From contig CM120649.1 of assembly GCA_051362555.1 (NCBI GenBank), positions 11,346,001-11,410,000 of the forward strand: a stretch of DNA of 64,000 nucleotides, given 5' to 3'. Numbering within the stretch: the stretch's first letter is position 1; each line of letters starts with the position of its first letter. This document shows, piece after piece, positions 51,561-64,000 of this stretch. A program made the position numbers and the translations under genes. The DNA comes from Lingula anatina. Taxonomy: Eukaryota > Animalia > Brachiopoda. The notes under the pieces were generated by a model, which was not told where the DNA came from, made no database searches, and was given only the letters and a program-made list of their open reading frames with translations.

Positions 51561-54500
51561 ATGCAGGGCGGACAGCTTGCCCTGTACACATACGTTCTCT
51601 GCGCTGTAATAAGCCAACAACACAACCAGATATATGCTAGCAGAGAAAATCTTCAGGTTATGTCTACGCCACCTCCAGTCACGAATACCAGTGGAATGAC
51701 ATCGCCCACGAACGGGGACGACACGCAAACAGCGAATGCTTTGGGAATTGGCTCACGCACATCGACGTCTAGCCCGCCTATCACTCTCGGAGAAAATTCC
51801 AAAGACAACCCTGCAATGGCACCAAACCCTTTGAATAACATAACAACGCCATCCTTCCCCACACGACAAGGTTTTTGCGTTAAGTATAAAGACACAGATC
51901 TTCATTTTGACCAAATCTACATCTCGTGCTACTGCGATGAAATCTGTGGCATCTTTGGTGACTGCTGCACCGTCGCTCAGTTGGAGTGCAAGAACGTCGC
52001 TGCAACAGCAAATCGCAGATCTCATAGGACATCTACATCGCATCCATTGGCCATAGGTCCAAATGACGTAGAATGCCGTTCACAAAGTTCGAAGGAATTC
52101 AGTTCCCGTGCGTTGACAATGACCCGCAAGTACTCCTGGATGATTGTATCCTGCCCAAGCAATTGGCCGAACAATACAATACGCGAGAGGTGCGAGAGGC
52201 CGTCGAAATCAATAATTGAGCCTGATACTCACTTCCCCGTTACCGATCCCGAATCTGAATTCACATTTCAGAATTCCTTCTGCGCCCGTTGCCATGGTTT
52301 GAGCCACTACATACCATGGTCGACATCTGTCGTGTGTGTATCAACTAATTTAGAAGCATTTGCTTCGAGTTCCAGTCTGTCAGATGTTTTTAATTTAGTA
52401 AAGGAGGCTCCCGATTGCTTTCTTTATCACCACGAGCCAGAGGGATTCACTGGAAGGCCTTGTGTCGGCGGCAGGTTTAACAGACACGTGCTGGGTGCAC
52501 AATGGTACGACAGTGCTCACTGTAACCCCATGTCACCTTATAAGGACCTGTGTGAAGACTCGAACTATTCAATTACCCGGATCATACCAAGCAGAAACAT
52601 CGTCACCTATGCCAAAAGCCATTTCTGCTGGCTCTGCAACTTTGAGAAGCCTCCAGTAGTTGTGGGATGTCCTGCTGTTGGTGGGTATTTTCCTGACAAT
52701 AAGCTAGTTAACGGATTAACCTATATATCTCTGTATTATTTAATGTCTATTCGCCTTTCTTATGACCCGAATAATTTGATCTTTTGGGTTACTTTAAGCA
52801 TTCTGGTATTATAAGTATTAAAAGTATATTTATGGATCTAGACTTAAAGGGGAATACTCGGGAAGTCTCGGGGACCTAAATTCAATAAAATCCGACCCCC
52901 CTCTTCTCTCTAAATCTGCCCATCACGTTTTACCCACTGTAAGCGTAAGCCTAATTTTGGGGGGTAATTATCTAGTCGTGACGTCATTGCCTGAACTCTC
53001 TGACATTGGCCTATGCATTACAATGCAGCGTGTAATGCCTTTGCACGGGTATAACGTGTTTACCTCGCAAATAAAGCACTTAACGATACAAAAAATGGAA
53101 CACATTATCCTGGACATTCGTGTATTCTGATTATGTAAAACATACCTTCCTATAGTAGCGCTTGGACTATTCTTAAACGATTATTTAAAAGTGGCTACGG
53201 ATATCATGGACACAGCTGAAACCAGGAAAACTAACTGTATTAAAAAATTGAAATAAAATACTGTAAGGCTTATTTCGGCGTTTATCTGCATGTGAAGACG
53301 CACTGTTACTGCTTATGTGCGTAGGTCGCTTACATCAACAGAATCAAAACATTTTGGGAATTGAAGCGTATTATTCTATCGTTTATAGGCATACGTTGTG
53401 CCTTCATCGTCCAAACGCCCGACTGTCAGCAAATCAGGTAATACTATAGAAAACGAACGCTTACATTGGGTAAAACGTGATGGGCAGATCTAGAGAGAAG
53501 AGGGTGGTCAGATTTTATTTAATTTATGTCCCCAGAGACTTGTATTCCCCTTTAAGAATGCCATGTCGAAGCTGTTTCAAAGCGTGTATAACCTGAATTA
53601 TGCTATTTAAGTTTGATAAGAGACAACTACCTGCCTGACATATTTCATTGTAGTCGATATGGACGCAAGAGGATTCTCACCTTTGGGTTTCTACGCCTAT
53701 ATTGATCCACATAAACGAGATTCAACTAAACCGTGCCAGCCAAACGATAACCTGGTGAGTAACTTTACGATTACTATACAATTAACTGCTATGCACATAA
53801 GGTGAAGTTCTCAGTCAACCAAGTCTGTTAGAATAATATATTAAGCGGTATTTTCCTTTGATCAAAACCAACACTATGCTCATTTGAAGTATGGGTCAGA
53901 CATAAATCAGTGACGTTTCCTAGATATATGAGCATTGTATCTAACTGCAATTCTTTCCTTCAGATCGCTTGCTCTGGAAGGAGAGGTGGAGACGACTGTC
54001 CGGCCGCGTTTTCTTATCTTTTCAATGCAGTGTATACTCTTACCATTGCTTTAAGGTTTCCGTCAAGTGTTGATGTTTTTCAGGCATCAGCCAAATGTGA
54101 CTCGTTTTCTCATAATGTTTTGAGAAATAATGAAGATGAACTACGCCTTCTTGAATTAAATGTCATCCACTGGAAAATTTACAAATTTAAGCGGCCTGAA
54201 TGTGCCTTGTTCAATACCACATCTCTCTCTGGTGAACAGACCAAAGAATTCACAAATGGCACCATATTTCAAATGTCCATACCGATCATGCTTAGAGAAT
54301 ATGTCAGAAGTTACAATGCAGGATTCCGTAAGTTGTTCGAACTTGAAGACAAGATTGCTGCAAACAAGCCAGCCATTGCGTACAACGGCACAGATGTGCC
54401 GATATACGTTATCCGAGATTACCAATGGCGAAAATGTCTCTCCGATAACCCCACTGGACATGGGGGAAACTCGCCCACAACAGGCATTTCAAAACATTCC

Positions 54501-54599
54501 CCCAAGCCGGCCTCGGCGAACAAGAAAGCTGCAATGTGTTCGGGGTGGTTTGCTATCTTCTCAGTCGCGATACTGCCACTAGTGCTTTCGACGCCATAG
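51561..54599 (+). CDS. Somatomedin-B-like/Cys-rich cell-surface protein, probably GPI-anchored, 618 aa, 3 coding exons
   Basis: Exons 51561-52680 (G|GTGGGT), 53654-53754 (tag|..CTG|GTGAGT), 53964-54599 (cag|) join in frame. Weak signal peptide, S/T/P-rich stretch, CYCDEICGIFGDCC, WMIVSCP..RCE..PVTD..TFQNSFCARCH, YAKSHFCWLCN, C-terminal small residues + hydrophobic tail with no cytosolic part. Confidence 0.82.
52848..53551. mobile_element. Kolobok-like non-autonomous DNA transposon in intron 1 of the SMB-like gene
   Basis: TTAA|AGGGGAATAC...GTATTCCCCT|TTAA with ~95-bp imperfect TIRs (ATCTGCCCATCACGTTTTACCCA / TGGGTAAAACGTGATGGGCAGAT). Confidence 0.85.
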
Positions 54600-57500
54600 A
54601 TGTAAATGCCTGCACTGTTTGGCTTATAGTGTGGCATAGGTGGTATTATATAACATATACTGTATGCGTGTCATAATGACAATTTTGAATCCTGTTTAGC
54701 CGGTTAAGCATGCTGTAGAATAATTTATAATCTGAGGCTTTATTTAGACGTTACGGTATTGATTTTTACATATACAATTTTCCCGAAATGGCAACTTAGC
54801 AATATATCATCTTCTAGAGTTTTTTTTTTTTTAATGCTCATGGTTAATGTAAACCCTTCTGCGATTTATATATATGCACGATCTCTTCTCTCTCTGATGC
54901 TGCCTTAGGAAATCGAGCTATCTTGGGAGAGGTGCGCGCTTTTCAAGCAGTGACTTCCTATTTTCTGTTGTTGTCAAAGCCCGAGTAGCACGTGTGGGAT
55001 TCCCACATATTCAGCATACAACGTGTAGTACGCTATCACGCATTGTATATGATAATGTTTACCCACTTTCATTTGAACCCAATATTCAGGCCATGTCAAG
55101 TCTCCATCGAAATACATCAGGCGCTGTACATTCTTAATGCTAATAATATTGATTATTATGAAAAAAGAATGGAAGATATTAAAGCCTAAAGGCTTCCTAG
55201 TACAGACGCTACCAGATGAGATAATGTCACAGATGTAAGAGCGTTTTCGTTTAAAGTCCGATTTTGCAGTGATATCCTTAGAATTAAAATTTAACACCAG
55301 CTTCTGAATCATTGAAAGCCGAACGAGTAAAAAAAGTAAAGAATAAAGAAAGGAAAAGAAATAAAGAATTACTTGATTAAACCAGGGTAAAGGAAGCATT
55401 GAACTACTTGTATTAGAGCTTAAAATTTAAACCATATTTATTACGACCAATTTTGTATTATTGTTGATAATAACTAAATATTTTCTGTCGTTTAAATGAT
55501 ATATATTTATTTCGGGGTACACTTTGGGTAAGAGTATTGTATATAAATTGCATTCAACCAAGGTGACTGAAGAATGTGACAACAATATTTGTCGTACTTC
55601 AAGAACAAATAAAAAGATGCGTCAAGTACTGATGCCCTCAACACAACGATGAGTGACTTATAAGTGATTATGATATCTTATCAATACTTATAATCTTACT
55701 TTTGTGAAACATACCCACACAGCAATTCCATTAATATATTTTGAATTAAATCAAAAGAAATATCACTGCATTTTATATATTGAAAAACATGAATGAATGA
55801 AATAAGTTATCATATTGTGGGTTGACTTTACCGTGGGTCATTGATGACAATTTTGTGATTATTATGTCATATTGTATTTCAATAATGGTAGAATGTTTGG
55901 TAATAGATGTTCGGTCATTTTAATTTTGCCATGCGACAAATATTGTTCTCATAAAGTTACTTCAGTCAATCGGTACTATGTACTAGTTGATTATTTGCTG
56001 TCAATGTCAAAGTAAATACCGGGTTTATGAGGTTACCTGTGGGCCTACCAGCTTCACGCGCAGGACGTTGTCAGATAGTATCCAAGACAAAGTGTAGAGG
56101 TTTGTTATAGTCTTCTTGTTGAATTGAAGGTCTCTGTACTGCTATAGTTGTGTAGGACTGATTTTGATTTTTTTTTTTTTGCATTTTTTTTTTTTTTTTT
56201 TTGCATTTTTCTAGAAATGGTCCTTATTTCGAGTTCATTTTATTATTGTTGAGCACAGTGACACACGTAGTATAGTTATATGACGCACATTAAAGATAAA
56301 AGTGCAAAACTGTTTTACTATTAACTGGTTTACGCCGCGTGGATACCATGGCAGAAGGGTAGGGTAAATAATAACTTTTTTGGAAAAAACTATAGAGGAA
56401 CAGGTTATTTTAGAGGCAAATCGGTCAAAAAGTCATTCGTGCTTATGATGAAGCTTATGTCCTACATATTCTTTGTCAAGTTTGGATTATAGTCCCCCAC
56501 GTTCTTATACGTACATGTCATCTTTTAATTCTTGCACTTCACCCACATAAGCTGCTTCATTAGTTACCTGAATGTACTAAAAATCCAACTATATTCTCTG
56601 AGATTTACCCTACCCTAATGACAGTCTGATCTTGCTATTTGAAACTATTTTATTGTGTGCTATTTTAACGTTGTGGTTTCACGTTATTTCCTCTAGTGTA
56701 TAAAGAGCAAATTGTTATTATCGTTATCAAGTTTTCGGCCACACATGTTTTTGCCTCCATTGCATGCCAGCTGATATTTGTGGATCGTCAGTACAAAGGA
56801 AATAGCAAAATTGTTTACTACTTGCATCAATCATCTAGTAAAAGTTCGAGGATAAGGTCGCTGTTTTGCGGATATCTAGCTAAAATGAAACGATACCTTC
56901 CCTCTCACTGTTTGCATAAGTATTATTATTATCATTATTATTATTATTATTATTATTATTCGTTTTGTTGACAGGCTAAATTTGTATTAATTTATACAGT
57001 GTATTGTGTGTATAATTATCTCTTCACTTTATATTTGGAATAGATAAAATTGATTCATTTGTTAACGAGCGCAATGGAGCCTTATTTTGAGGAAATCACT
57101 TTTTTGCACCGATTTTTTTAATGCATTGGGGATTGGTATGGAAGGTGGAAAATTCAAAAGTAAAAAATACCATTGTTTTTTATGCTATGAAATGGCCACA
57201 TGGAGGATTGACACCCCGCTCGTTAACCAGCTTAACAATTTGTCGAGCCTTATTTTTAGTCTTCACCATATTTCTGTATCCCCAATAAACGGTTTGTGTT
57301 GTACGTATTGCTTATTTGTTTATCTCTTGCTTATTTATGAGAATATATTCTGAAGTTGATCGCGAGTGGCACTGGTTTTATCTATCCACGCCATGATTAC
57401 CACCTGCACTTCATCAGGGAAAAATATTTTTGAATCTGTTTTAAGCACCATAGATGATTTCACTGTGCGAATGTCGTATATAGCAATTATAGAAAAATAA

Positions 57501-57789
57501 AGAAAAAAAATTGAAGGCTAAATTAAACAGTTCATTAGGCTTATTTATATGCCTAAAAGCCGGACCCAAACTACCCAGAATTGCGCGTTTCAATAACTAA
57601 TACATACCAAGTGTGCTATGAACTGATAGCACGTATACTAAAGGTGTGATAGCACTAGTTCTATAACAGCATTTACACTATTCTTGATTTCTTTTTTCAA
57701 ATTTTATTTATTTATTTTTATTTATTTATTAAGATTTTTTTTTGCAGTACATGCATTTTTTTCAGTTTAATCGTATAATAAAAGCAATA

Positions 57790-57930
57790 AAACAACATGA
57801 TGCCGACATTTCCTTCTGAAAAAAATACCGTTATGTTATATGTCAATTTAGACCCTAAAACGATAAAACCCATCAAATGAAAGTAATAAAGGTACACAAC
57901 GCCGACATTTCCTTCTGAAAAACGTTACGA
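57790..57930. repeat. Short direct repeat
   Basis: GCCGACATTTCCTTCTGAAAAA at ~57802 and ~57901. Confidence 0.8.
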
Positions 57931-58852
57931 TGAACATTAAAGACATTTTTTTATTAAAATACTGTAAAACATCGAATCAAAGTGAAATAACTGGTCAGAA
58001 ATTATCAGCGAGTCGGAAAAAATGCTTAATTTCTTTCAAGAAAAATTTGGTAGACACTTGGTAGACATGATACAGAATGGTGCAGGAAAATATCAGGTAA
58101 ATCAGGTAGAATGCAGGTAAATGCGTACAGTATAGGCAATTCTTGCAAGGACAATAAGTCAATCCGATTTTTTTCCATAGCCACGCAGTTCATCAACTAC
58201 AGACGTCATTCTCTATTAGATAAACAGACACACACAGTTGAACTGTTTACAACTCATCTCGGTAAACCTGACACGTGTAACTTCACACAAGCTGCTCAAT
58301 AATACTAATATTATACCGAGATAAATACGACTCAGAAATCCATACTATATGTACGTTATTTAGGTTATCGTCCAACACATTGCTTGCATAGAATGTAGAA
58401 TGGCCTTTAAGCTTCTGCCTTATTACCTTAAATCGCTAACCAACAAGGTTATGTTTTCGTCGAAATTGTTTCTTTGTTTCATTCGTTTCTCGAAAAGATA
58501 CCCATTATGTCGAAAACTTCCATTTAAATTTTGAATGAAATCTCAGTGCAATTAGTTATTCATGAAGATACAGTATGAAGTAGCCAAAAATTGCACCGAA
58601 TGTGGTTCCGCTAATCTTTGTATTTGGAGTGATCTCTAGTTTTATTTATTTATTTATTTATTGTTTATTTGTCCATTTATCACCTCATCAATTTATTTCA
58701 TTCAATTATTTAAATTTAACTTTACATTTATTCACAAATTTGTCTAGCTATATTCACTTATCTTTTATTTTTCATTTAGAGTTTTTGTCAATTTTATCGG
58801 TAAAGAAGGATAATGATCCATTATATGAGAGTGCATGTGAAAGAGAGACTCC

Positions 58853-58893
58853 CTCTCTCTCTCTCTCTCTCCCTCTCTCTCCCTCTCTCTCAC

Positions 58894-58936
<43 letters not shown>

Positions 58937-58968
58937 CTCTCTCTCTGTCACTCTCTTTCTCTCTCTCT
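58853..58968. repeat. (CT)n microsatellite followed by a G-run
   Basis: Direct reading; source of the poly-SL and poly-ER ORFs. Confidence 0.95.
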
Positions 58969-59576
58969 TCCAGACGTCGCCCTGAGGGGGGGCGGGGGGG
59001 GGGGGGGGCGGAGGCAGAGAGGTTTCTGGTTTGATTCCTTCTGTTTGTGCCGTAGTGTACACGGTACGAGGGCCTTCACAAGTGGACGTATTTCCATTTA
59101 AAATACGTCCACTTTACCAATGAGGAAATCCACCTTTAGTTTTTTTAAATCAAATTTTACATCTTGTCCTGATTTAAGGAGCGACAAATTAAGACAAACG
59201 AAAAACTGACTTTATAATGATAGTCCAAGTAACAGGTCCCCAAGACCACAGGTTTGTAGAAGTGAAAAATCAACAGCAATCAAATGCAATCAGATCCTTG
59301 CTAACGCATTTATTTAGGACCTTTGATTGTATTGTTATGCTATAGAAGAACATGGCATAAGCTTTAAGTATACCTTTCTGGTCAAAAGAAGATTGCTTTG
59401 AAAATTTTCCAGGATTTTTTAAAATAATTTATTTGGTTGAGATGTGAAGATACGCAGCTGCCTTGAAGAAGTTTTACAAGACAGTGAAATCATCCACTAA
59501 AATTTCAAATTCAATTTCAAAACTTTAATAACTCCATTGGTCATTTACATATTTATGAGCGTTTACACACAAAATT

Positions 59577-59615
<39 letters not shown>

Positions 59616-59616
59616 G

Positions 59617-61224
59617 TTAAGTTTTTTCACTCTTCTTAATTTGCCAATATCTCCTGATGGCAATATTCGTCGTACAATTACTCAGCAATTCTTTAATCGT
59701 TTTATACATGCTATGGACTAGGGACGTCGCGTCCAAAGCGTGAGAATCGAAATGTAAAGCAAATGACTTGGAGGGCACAATTTCACAAGCAGTGACGTTC
59801 GGTGCTGCCACATATCTCTTAGTGACATCAAAACCCGGTTCTTGCCGAGTCGGAATTAAAGCTATGCGTGCGAGAATTCCCGTGATGTAGGCGTCCTCTA
59901 TCGGCACCAATGGCACGCGCTTTGCAGTTTCGAATAACCTATTCACGACGTCCCCAGACATAAGGTAAGCTGGTCCTGCTAGATAACGCGGGAAATATGG
60001 ATAAGGGAATACGTCACGAGAGACACCCCACCGACCCTCACGTAAGACCACGGGGATTTTATTATGCATCCCCATGAGCACTTTTCGTGGAATTGTGCTC
60101 AGTAAAATAAAGAGCAACTTTTCAGGGAGAATGAGGACGTCGTCGTCTGCTTTCAAAACGAACTGCGCATGCGGACAGTGCTCGGTTGCCCAGTGGAGGA
60201 TTGACAGAGACTTGAGGGTTAAATTTTGATACGATTCAGCAAAGTCGTATTGTATGACGTCATTATACAGAGCCCCTTCCCTGGCTATTTCTTTGTCCAG
60301 AGGGTCGTCTACACTGCGACCGAAAATAAAGGCAAGGCGAACGCTTTCTGGAAGTCTTTCCCTAGCCCCCCAGGTTGTTCTAATCATGCGTCTGCGATCT
60401 ATGTTCTGGTACGTAGACAGAATCACAATTAAAAGCATCACTTTGCCTTGACACAAGGCGGCGGGAGGCGACACCATTAAACTGAAATCTAGCCGATTTA
60501 CGATGTAAGGTTTCTTCATTAAATGGTACTGTGGCTCGTCTGCTAAATTTGACAGATACAAGTTATACTTAATTAATTCCGGGTCACTAGCAGTGCTGTT
60601 CTCTGTTTTCTCCCCCTCGGCCTGGATTTTTACTAAAGGTGCAGATTTCTCTGAATCAAGAGCACGATCTCCAGTGAAGTTTCTCTCCCGGCGAAGACTG
60701 CCTTCCTGTAACATCTTATTGTCAATCTGACCACCAAGGCCTGTTCCATGAATTCCATGCAATCTGTTAGAGTCGTTACGGAATCTTAAGTCATCTGCCT
60801 GTGCACCTTTAATGTTCTGCTTGAATTCATGTCCATTCCTGTAAATATCTTTCAAGACATTATTGTGCTTCTTGATGCCGTCCGTGCCTCCTTGACCGTT
60901 ATTTGAAATATCACTGTTGTTTTTTACTAGTTCAAAATCCCGGAGTGGTCTGTCGTCACTGGACTTTGAGCTTGTCCTTCCGCGTCTGAATGTCGAGTCG
61001 TCCTTCTGTGTAACTGGCCGGGCATCTTTTGGCAGGTTTTTCAAGTGCCCTTTGCTGTGCCCCAGAACATCATCCAAAGTCTTTAGGAGCAACACGTCCC
61101 TCTGGGAGGCGTGGTTCGCAACCCTTGGGGAGAGATACTGTTTCAGCAACGTTCTACTAACGATGAGCGTTAAGCACAGCCACGAAACAAGTCCCAACGC
61201 CAGCCATTTCATTAGTGGAGGCAT
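59617..61224 (-). CDS. GT31-family beta-1,3-galactosyltransferase-like glycosyltransferase, 535 aa, single coding exon
   Basis: N-terminal type II anchor, long stem, motifs RRMIRTTWG, DFAESYQNLTLKS, LKADDDV (DxD), PRYLAGPAY, EDAYITG. Subfamily (GalT vs GlcNAcT) cannot be fixed by eye. Confidence 0.93.
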   Translation of the reverse strand: MPPLMKWLALGLVSWLCLTLIVSRTLLKQYLSPRVANHASQRDVLLLKTLDDVLGHSKGHLKNLPKDARPVTQKDDSTFRRGRTSSKSSDDRPLRDFELVKNNSDISNNGQGGTDGIKKHNNVLKDIYRNGHEFKQNIKGAQADDLRFRNDSNRLHGIHGTGLGGQIDNKMLQEGSLRRERNFTGDRALDSEKSAPLVKIQAEGEKTENSTASDPELIKYNLYLSNLADEPQYHLMKKPYIVNRLDFSLMVSPPAALCQGKVMLLIVILSTYQNIDRRRMIRTTWGARERLPESVRLAFIFGRSVDDPLDKEIAREGALYNDVIQYDFAESYQNLTLKSLSILHWATEHCPHAQFVLKADDDVLILPEKLLFILLSTIPRKVLMGMHNKIPVVLREGRWGVSRDVFPYPYFPRYLAGPAYLMSGDVVNRLFETAKRVPLVPIEDAYITGILARIALIPTRQEPGFDVTKRYVAAPNVTACEIVPSKSFALHFDSHALDATSLVHSMYKTIKELLSNCTTNIAIRRYWQIKKSEKT

Positions 61225-64000
61225 GTTTATGTTGCCCGAGTGTTAGGCGGTTGCCAACATCAAAGTAACTTCAAAAATATAAATTAGCATCTCTTTGGCT
61301 TGTAAACATCCCTTGTCGGTGAGTTGTCAACATAGCGAATTTTAAACCAAAGTAAGCACACTCGTATACTAACCGAGTTAACAGTCAATAAGGACATCCT
61401 ATTGTCCTGGTGTCTGCATTTTTGTCTCATCCATTTGGTTTAAAGCACGAGGAAAAAATGCACAATTATTTGAAAATGGCTACCGCAAGTACTTTTATCT
61501 TGTTAATTGGGGTGGCAAATGCATAATTATTTAAAAACTATTCATACTGCACATTTTATGCGTTCAGCCACCATCGTACATAAATGACCTGACCCAGCAA
61601 GGTCATGCTAGCGCATCATTTTGACCAAAATGTGTTATTAGTGTTCTAGTCACCCAAAAATGCAAGTTCAATGCGTGTAAAATTGGGCAAAAAATTATCC
61701 AACCGTTTACACTCTATAGTACATTACTTAGGTGACGCCAGAACATGAGTTACTTGACGTTTCCTTTATAGACTTTAAGGTATTGGGAGTATACTTCAGG
61801 TTTCAAAATAAAATGATTTTTGCAATTGATGACTTTGAAACGCGCGCTATGTATGGAACTATACATAAAATATAATTAACTTTATGAGCTAATAAAAAAA
61901 AAGGCTGGGATGTCCAAATATTGATTCATGGACGAAAAAGTTGAATATGTGACAAGGCATTTATAAGCCGAAGTGTTAGGGGTAAAATAATACTAATAAT
62001 AATAAATGAATAAATAAAAGAAAAGAAAAAACGACTAGACATTTGCCAATTGTGACTTTCAGTGCCCTTGCTATGCCTCGTGTTAAGGAGAGCGCGTCCC
62101 ACATTAATTTAATCGATGCGCGCTATACGCTACTGAAAAATCTTAATGGCCGTTAGTCCTTCTAATGCCAAAAGAGCGTGACAAGAATGAGGGGAAGAGA
62201 ATCTATCCAATGAATCGTGCTAAAAAAATAAAATAAAATAATAAATATATAAAAATAACCATAATAACAACAGCTATAAAATATAAAAATTAAAAAAAAA
62301 CAATAATAATAAAAAATAAAGGCGCAAAATTCACGTTATCCAAAGATAATAAAATTCGATAAAAATGAACGATATTAATAAATACATGACAAATAAATTG
62401 GAATATTAATAATATTTTTTTTTATCTGGGATATGTATGCAATTTATCTTTATCACCAAGGAATACCGTATTCAAAAACCCGTCTATTTTAGATTCAGTA
62501 TCTACGTGTAGTTTTTGAGTCACTCTCGTATATAAACTAAAGTAATTTTCGTATTTCGTTCGTGACAGTAAAATGCGACATTTAGACCTTGGAATGGGTT
62601 CATGTTTAGGGTTTTAAGTCCTGACTTTCTCATCGATTTCGGATTATATATACCTAAGTACGTGATAAAGCAGGGGTTGCAGAAATATCTCAGATTATTA
62701 TTATATAATCAAGTTTATTTCATTGCTATTAATATTATTTCATCATGAATTAACTGGTTGAAATTCCCATAAAATTTCGATTTCTTTTGAGTTAAAGTAA
62801 GAACTCGCACCGTCTGCCTTTGAAGATGCTGAGGTGTTACGTTTGGGTATGGACGGATGCTATCTAGTTGAAATGCTTAGTTGAAATGCTTGAGTGCTCC
62901 CCTTGGGGGGGGGGGGCTTTTCAACGCACAGTAGGCCTACCCCCCCCCCCCCCCCCCCGCCCTATGAGACGCGTACCACTTTTTCACATGACATGTTAGT
63001 GCACAAACGCGCGTGCAAGCACAAACTCTTCGTGTAATTTTTTAAAAGTAATACTGAAAAAATATTAAATCGGGACAATGCTGAGTTTATGATCCTTTAT
63101 TCCAACATAAATTTAATTAATAAATATGATTAAAAACATAAACGAGAACTTTCTATAAACGCATGAACACCCGTTGACTAAAAAGTTAAACGAATACCTA
63201 AATACTGATGTTTTTCTGACAGACAACATTATTAATACATTTACCAGAAAGACAAGTATAGTGAGTCGAGGTAACTTAAAAGTGAATGAGAGTATCGACA
63301 AAATGTTGTGCTTAGGAATAAATACTGGCACAGTATTTCCTGAGAGTTCTTGACTCGTTTCAGATCTATTCGTAGCAGGCTGGTGTAGAGACTAAAAAGT
63401 TCGGTAGCTTAAATTTCCTCATGTAGTTCTGTTCTTTTTCCATCTTTAAGACAAATAATTTCACACTGGTGGATAATCCAGAGCAACATACGGAGTAAAA
63501 ATAATCCAGTTGGAAGAGAAAGTTTATCTTCAGAGCTGCATGCGTATTGCCAAGTTGTGCATCTGGACGGGTAACGTCTAGAGTCAATGCCGAAATTTGT
63601 GCGTTCGTTAAATCGTTCTGATCTTCACAGAGTACAACTTTGAACATCAACCCTGCTCACTGAAGTAAACGTTTCAGCAGTCAAGCATAAATCAACCAAA
63701 GTCGAACAAAAATTGTGCAATTTTGAACTTCAACTGTACTATATATAAAAGGAAACTGGCATAAACAAATCAATAAATAAAAACAGCAATCATAAAACGC
63801 CATCAATTTTAGCATTCTCAGCTATTCCTCTTTACTTGATTAAGACTTGAGGGCGTTCTTGTCGCCTAAGTTCTTTGCGGCGCGCTGAAGCTTAGCCAAT
63901 TTGTGCGGCGACGTTTTCCCATATGTTTTGGTAATCCAATAATAATAGTACGAATGGGATCCGAAGATGATGACGTTGATTAACACTGATGACCATATTA

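Noticed and set aside
4333-59062. Low-complexity and antisense ORFs in the track (poly-I/L, poly-SL/ER, ORFs opposite real exons, duplicated 60-68 aa ORFs)
   Set aside because: They arise from microsatellites, antisense frames of true exons, or duplicated intron sequence.
63366-63650. 94-aa minus-strand ORF
   Set aside because: No recognisable motif or convincing splice context; non-ATG start.

Overview
AT-rich animal (invertebrate-type) genomic DNA with spliceosomal introns, microsatellites and MITEs; most ORFs in the supplied track are spurious or are single exons read into introns. Everything below was read by hand; no database search was run. (1) Positions 1-43220 (minus strand) hold a large multi-exon gene for a secreted/extracellular tandem-CUB protein. 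I trace 58 coding exons (about 2390 aa, running off the left edge): a signal peptide, 19 complete CUB domains plus one partial, each split into two exons, joined by 18 single-cysteine microexons (27 nt after odd-type, 24 nt after even-type CUBs). Its middle grew by tandem duplication of a ~7.3 kb four-CUB unit; the two youngest copies are near-identical and each carries a dead half-CUB exon (TAG, donor and partner exons deleted) that can be skipped in frame. (2) 51561-54599 (+): a 3-exon, 618-aa somatomedin-B-like/Cys-rich surface protein with a probable GPI signal. (3) 59617-61224 (-): an intronless GT31 beta-1,3-glycosyltransferase. Several non-autonomous DNA transposons are present, two confirmed by empty sites in paralogous introns.
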